In this document: positions 61,103 to 64,000 of the stretch, piece by piece
Layout: each line of letters begins with the position of its first letter
Position numbering within the stretch: the first letter of the stretch is position 1
DNA from: Gammaproteobacteria bacterium
Lineage (GTDB): Bacteria > Pseudomonadota > Gammaproteobacteria > CAKMZV01
Reading direction: 5' to 3'
NCBI GenBank assembly: GCA_965277775.1
Contig: OZ255843.1
Coordinates: 1,209,641-1,273,640, forward strand
Length of the DNA: 64,000 bases
Made by a program: the position numbers and the translations under genes
Notes under the pieces: generated by a model
What the model saw: only the letters and a program-made list of their open reading frames with translations
Databases searched by the model: none
What the model was told of the DNA's origin: nothing

Positions 61103-62116
61103 ATGTCTAAGGAAATTAGCGACATTAAGACACACCGTCAGAGACTGTTACATAAATTTTTATCAAACAATGGCTTTGAGGGCAAATTAAGCCCCATACA
61201 GGGTGATGCCAGCTGGCGTCAATATTATCGGTGGTCAGCGTCAAATGAACGCAACTACGCAGGCAATACGCGCCAAATCAAACAAGCCATTGTAATGGAT
61301 GCGCCCCCTGAGAAGGAAAGCATTGCACAATTTATTCAAGCGCGCCAATTCTTTCAGTCAACTCAGACGCTCCTTTTCCCTGAAATTTATGCCGTTGATG
61401 AGCCATTAGGTTTTGCCGTTGTGGAGGATTTCGGTGCGAAGCATCTCATTCAATGTCTTCAGCAAAACGAGCAAAAATGGATGCTCAAAGCCATAGATGG
61501 ATTGTCTGAAATGCAGACACCACCGCCATCGCCAGATTTACCCATTTACAGCCACGACCTGCTCATGGCCGAAATGCAGATGTTCATCGATTGGTTCTTG
61601 GATCGCCACCTTAAGCTGTGCTTGAATACCAGTGAACTAAAAGTTTTACAGCAAACGATGGATCAGATTGCCATACAAATTACTCAGCAACCACAAACGC
61701 TGGTACATCGGGATTATCACAGCAATAATTTACTGCAGTGTGGCGAAAAAATCGGTGTGATCGATTTCCAAGATGCGGTGCTTGGTTCGTACACCTACGA
61801 TGTGGTTTCACTACTGTGCGATGCTTATTATCACTGCGACAACCCCGCATTCTATAGGCAATATTTTTATCAGAAAATTCAGAAAAACAACGCCCAACAA
61901 ACAGAGGCATTATTTGAAACCGACTTTGCCTACCAAAACGCTCAACGCCAGCTTAAAGTTGCTGGCATATTTGCCCGTCTCTATTACCGAGAAGGAAAAT
62001 CAAGTTATATGGCCTATTTGCCGACGGTTTTAAATCATTTATCTGAAGCCATCCATCGTCTGCCCATCCCATCAGAGTTCAAAAAGTGGGTTGAGCAAGC
62101 CCAAAAGGCGCTTTGA
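61103..62116 (+). CDS. amgK: APH-family phosphotransferase, candidate N-acetylmuramate/N-acetylglucosamine anomeric kinase AmgK
   Basis: 337 aa; kinase motifs VHRDYHSNNLL and IDFQDA; divergently adjacent to lptD and translationally coupled (4-nt overlap) to murU-like gene, as in Pseudomonas. Confidence 0.7.
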   Translation: MSKEISDIKTHRQRLLHKFLSNNGFEGKLSPIQGDASWRQYYRWSASNERNYAGNTRQIKQAIVMDAPPEKESIAQFIQARQFFQSTQTLLFPEIYAVDEPLGFAVVEDFGAKHLIQCLQQNEQKWMLKAIDGLSEMQTPPPSPDLPIYSHDLLMAEMQMFIDWFLDRHLKLCLNTSELKVLQQTMDQIAIQITQQPQTLVHRDYHSNNLLQCGEKIGVIDFQDAVLGSYTYDVVSLLCDAYYHCDNPAFYRQYFYQKIQKNNAQQTEALFETDFAYQNAQRQLKVAGIFARLYYREGKSSYMAYLPTVLNHLSEAIHRLPIPSEFKKWVEQAQKAL

Positions 62117-62796
62117 TGAAGGCGATGATTCTGGCAGCAGGACGGGGTGACCGAATGATGCCCTTGACCAAGCACTTGCCCAAACCTTTGCTAAAAGTGG
62201 GCGGTATCACCTTAATAGAAAGGCATTTATACGCCTTGGGTCAAGCTGGATTTAAAGAAGTCGTCGTCAATGTGTTTTATCTGGGTCACTTGATTAGGGC
62301 ACATTTGCATGACGGCGGTCGCTATGGCGTTAAGATTTTATGGTCACAAGAACCCGTTGAATTAGATACGGGCGGCGGCATTAAAAATGCCTTACCGCTG
62401 TTGGGTGATGACCCCTTTTTTTTGGTGAATGCCGACGTTTTAACCACCATGGATTACGCCATGGTTTTGCAAACAACATTGCCCCCTTCGGTATGGGCAC
62501 ACCTGTATTTGGTGGACAATCCTGAGCATCATTTAGACGGCGATTTTTCCTTAAACAACGCGATTGTGGCCCCCAAGGCATCAACGAGCAAAACCTACAC
62601 CTTTACTGGGTTGAGCATACTGTCTCCACAAATACTCAAACAACATCAAAGCACTTGTTTTGGTCTGTTAGAGGCTTTTCAATATCCGCTCAAAGCGCAG
62701 AAAATTCATGGCAGTGTGGTGCCGAAGGAGACATGGCAAGACGTGGGCACGGTACAACGGTTGCAGGCTGCAAACGCGTTATTAGAGAAAACCTAA
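62113..62796 (+). CDS. murU: nucleotidyltransferase, candidate N-acetylmuramate alpha-1-phosphate uridylyltransferase MurU
   Basis: 227 aa; MKAMILAAGRGDRMMPLTKHLPKPLL sugar-nucleotidyltransferase motif; coupled to amgK. Confidence 0.75.
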   Translation: MMKAMILAAGRGDRMMPLTKHLPKPLLKVGGITLIERHLYALGQAGFKEVVVNVFYLGHLIRAHLHDGGRYGVKILWSQEPVELDTGGGIKNALPLLGDDPFFLVNADVLTTMDYAMVLQTTLPPSVWAHLYLVDNPEHHLDGDFSLNNAIVAPKASTSKTYTFTGLSILSPQILKQHQSTCFGLLEAFQYPLKAQKIHGSVVPKETWQDVGTVQRLQAANALLEKT

Positions 62797-62803
62797 AGGC
62801 TTG

Positions 62804-63286
62804 TTAGTAGGGTTTGTGCTGACACACGATGATCCCGTCATCATCGGCAACCAGCCAATGATCTGGCTGAAAAGTCACATCGTGAAAATGAATGGGAACG
62901 TCTAACTGACCCTCAGCGCGTTTGGCGCTTTTACGAGGGTTGGTAGCCAGAGCCATAATGCCAATGGGCATGTTTTTTAAGGTGGCTGAATCTCGAATGG
63001 CACCATAAATGATCACACCCGCCCAACATTGATCAATGGCCAACTGAGCAATGATATCGCCTAATAAACCACATCGAAGAGAACCACCGCCATCAACGAC
63101 CAAAACCTTGCCTTGGCCATTTTGTGAGAGGGTTTGCCTAACCAAAACATTGTCTTCAAAAACCTTGATCGTTACGATCTGTCCGCCAAACGACCGAATT
63201 TGGCCATAGTGGTTTAGGCTCGGTTGTACAACGTGTACGGCGTCGGTTTGTTGGTCATATATGTCTGCAGTCGTAGGAATATTCAT
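62804..63286 (-). CDS. rraA: RraA family protein (regulator of RNase E activity A / HMG-CPA aldolase fold)
   Basis: 160 aa; RraA/MenG-like motifs (VLVVDGGGSLRCGLLGD; GVIIYGAIRD). Confidence 0.85.
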   Translation of the reverse strand: MNIPTTADIYDQQTDAVHVVQPSLNHYGQIRSFGGQIVTIKVFEDNVLVRQTLSQNGQGKVLVVDGGGSLRCGLLGDIIAQLAIDQCWAGVIIYGAIRDSATLKNMPIGIMALATNPRKSAKRAEGQLDVPIHFHDVTFQPDHWLVADDDGIIVCQHKPY

Positions 63287-63299
63287 GGTTCAAGTTTGC

Positions 63300-64000
63300 T
63301 TAAGGTGTTTTTGGCTTGATCGGTTGGTTTAGCCAGCGATCAAGGCGCATTTTAATGCGAATGAACGCGTTTTTCAAGGCGCGCTCTTCGGCGTATTGTT
63401 GATTGCTATTTGAAAGTACGATGGCTTTTCCATTGTGAGTTGCTGAGTAAACAATGGTTTTGTCGGGTGCCGTGACTTGAATGTCTGTGGTGATTGTAAC
63501 GGCTTTTAGGGCGTCTTCTTGAACGATGAGCGGTGGCTGTGTTTTCAAAATGAAGGTGTATGACGGTTCTGTCGATTGTAATTTTTGTGCCCCCAAATCA
63601 CTCAATTGTTTAAGCAACAATTGTTTGCCCCGTTCGGCCAAAAAGCCCCTTGACTGAACTTCTATAGGTTGATTGATCAATTTTGAACGCTCTCTTGCTT
63701 GTTGCTTTTCTTGGGTCGCTTGCAAATCTTTTCGAGTCACACGTACACCGCTGTGGATGGTGCAGTTTGTGGCATCCACCCAACGGTCGAATATTTGACT
63801 GTTTTCTATGAGCGCGTGGGTTGATTGCTGAGTTCGTGTTTGAGCGTTTGAGCGTCCGCCACCTGAGCCATCATCTCTTCGAATGACTTCGGTTTCGCCT
63901 TCGATGACTGAGCGCAAGATGAAACTGAGATTAACGCGTGCATTTTGATCGGCTTTGTTAAAGTCTAATGACTTGACCCCAGTACAATGCGTTGCCCCTT
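63300..64000 (-). CDS. hypothetical protein, N-terminus outside window (frame open to 64000; ORF-track start at 63917 is an internal TTG)
   Basis: Frame open to window end with coding-like sequence upstream of 63917; C-terminus ...YAEERALKNAFIRIKMRLDRWL weakly reminiscent of LptE-type lipoprotein C-termini; no firm family assignment. Confidence 0.4.
   Translation of the reverse strand, partial: GATHCTGVKSLDFNKADQNARVNLSFILRSVIEGETEVIRRDDGSGGGRSNAQTRTQQSTHALIENSQIFDRWVDATNCTIHSGVRVTRKDLQATQEKQQARERSKLINQPIEVQSRGFLAERGKQLLLKQLSDLGAQKLQSTEPSYTFILKTQPPLIVQEDALKAVTITTDIQVTAPDKTIVYSATHNGKAIVLSNSNQQYAEERALKNAFIRIKMRLDRWLNQPIKPKTP

Noticed and set aside
63300-64000. Calling the 3'-terminal partial ORF LptE
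   Set aside because: Only a weak C-terminal resemblance (…AEERALKNAFIRIKMRLDRWL) was seen and no convincing lipobox is in the visible part. The usual leuS-lptE-holA context is absent. It is reported as a hypothetical partial CDS.

Overview
This is a 64 kb stretch of gammaproteobacterial chromosome that is dense with genes on both strands. GC content looks moderate by eye (I could not compute it) and I did not identify the organism; it may be a marine lineage. I found no rRNA, no CRISPR array and no transposase or integrase.

The conserved backbone, in coordinate order:
- recA (5' truncated by the window edge) and recX.
- A long minus-strand run: rnhB, lpxB, lpxA, fabZ, lpxD, skp, bamA, rseP, cdsA, uppS, frr, pyrH, tsf, rpsB. 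dxr is absent from this run.
- clpP and tig, with no clpX or lon following.
- An acyl-CoA dehydrogenase, a stand-alone GcvT-family aminomethyltransferase and an AMP-forming acyl-CoA ligase, which together look like a dmdC-dmdA-dmdB module for DMSP demethylation.
- tRNA-Lys(UUU), then LPS-core glycosyltransferases, folB, a solitary moaE, hemE, a secreted SNase-like nuclease and the zinc-independent L31 paralogue.
- comM, miaB, lnt, hemW and rdgB.
- A small block of secreted or redox proteins: an intradiol-dioxygenase-like protein, a HIBADH-like dehydrogenase, an ABM-fold protein, an MBL hydrolase and a DUF3291 protein.
- alaS.
- An accessory-looking stretch at 39.6-46.0 kb, described below.
- ilvIH-ilvC, then miaA, mutL, amiB and tsaE with no hfq downstream of miaA, then aroE, hemB, a PagL-like outer-membrane protein and ilvD.
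- tRNA-Arg(CCU), cytochrome c, lptD, amgK-murU, rraA and a 3'-terminal partial ORF.

The accessory stretch contains a DUF2141 protein, a low-GC beta-class DNA methyltransferase fused to a T5orf172/GIY-YIG-like domain with no restriction partner, an SRPBCC protein, ggt and a ModE-N-domain-only HTH protein. It also holds a T4 endonuclease V (denV)-like pyrimidine-dimer glycosylase and two AT-rich hypothetical genes, one a coiled-coil plus 2-TM protein.

The most novel candidates are the methyltransferase-T5orf172 fusion, the denV islet and the dmd-like trio. Many ORF-track N-termini are over-extended; I propose internal or GTG starts where a homologue N-terminus and an RBS support them.
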